From: Longivirga aurantiaca
Lineage (GTDB): Bacteria; Actinomycetota; Actinomycetes; S36-B12; CAIYMF01
Length of the DNA: 32,000 nt
Assembly: GCF_042660085.1 (NCBI RefSeq)
Contig: NZ_JBHSTI010000008.1
Coordinates: 1,509,876-1,541,875 of the forward strand
Direction: 5' to 3'
Position numbers and translations under genes: made by a program. How positions within the stretch are numbered: the first letter of the stretch is position 1; each line of letters opens with the position of its first letter. The notes beneath the pieces are model-generated. The model did no database searches. It saw only the letters and a list, made by a program, of their open reading frames with translations, and was not told where the DNA came from. Shown piece after piece: positions 31,820 to 32,000 of the stretch.

Positions 31820-32000
31820 GTGGCAGATCTCGGCAAGGGTCGACGCGTCCAGGGCGGCGAGCGCGACAAGCTCAGCCACGACCTCAAGAAGAAGTACGTC
31901 GCCGGCGCCAGCATCCGCGAGCTCGCCGAGTCCACCGGCCGCTCCTACGGCTTCGTGCACCGGCTGCTGACGGAGTCGGGCGTGACGCTGCGCGGCCGCG
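31820..32000 (+). CDS. Small helix-turn-helix protein, 3' end outside the window (not in the supplied ORF track)
   Basis: AGGAGG (31809-31814) lies 5 nt before GTG 31820. The frame is open to the window end: VADLGKGRRVQGGERDKLSHDLKKKYVAGASIRELAESTGRSYGFVHRLLTESGVTLRGR. GC3 is high, and ASIRELAESTGRSYGFVHRLL is HTH-like. Confidence 0.7.
   Translation, partial: MADLGKGRRVQGGERDKLSHDLKKKYVAGASIRELAESTGRSYGFVHRLLTESGVTLRGR

Overview
High-GC actinobacterial chromosomal backbone. G+C looks above 70% by eye and third codon positions are almost all G/C. No taxon can be assigned without a database search. I call 34 CDS: 2 are cut by the window edges and 1 is a speculative small ORF. They form these blocks: (+) uvrA' / Tat-Rieske protein / uvrC; (+) rapZ-yvcK-whiA, gap-pgk-tpiA, secG, rbpA; (-) tkt-tal-zwf-opcA-pgl; (+) ctaB / ATP-grasp protein; (-) ABC ATPase / ABC-2 permease, then ECF sigma / anti-sigma / ctaA; (+) sufR-sufB-sufD-Rieske-sufC-sufS-sufU-DUF59, an ABC-F ATPase, and a small HTH protein'. 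From memory this order matches M. tuberculosis Rv1420-Rv1473 (rbpA lies elsewhere in that genome); I could not verify that here. Many neighbouring genes overlap by 4 nt (ATGA/GTGA), which implies translational coupling. I saw no rRNA, tRNA, CRISPR array, IS/transposase, integrase, phage gene or recognisable defence gene. Most long alternative-frame and antisense ORFs in the supplied track are high-GC artefacts. This is an ordinary core-metabolism and housekeeping region, and I do not see a convincing novel multi-gene system. The points most worth a second look are: (1) an OpcA with a histone-H1-like Ala/Lys/Pro repeat tail; (2) an ECF sigma / zinc-finger anti-sigma pair sitting directly upstream of heme A synthase, next to an orphan ATP-grasp gene and a conserved ABC-2 exporter; (3) a Tat-signal Rieske protein with high-potential-type motifs between uvrA and uvrC; (4) a 14-bp perfect inverted repeat in a low-GC patch between rbpA and pgl; (5) a CAAC-N6-GTTG palindrome overlapping the sufR start; (6) an untracked 62-codon membrane ORF between uvrC and rapZ. 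Start codons were chosen from SD spacing, overlaps and remembered N-termini, not from alignments.
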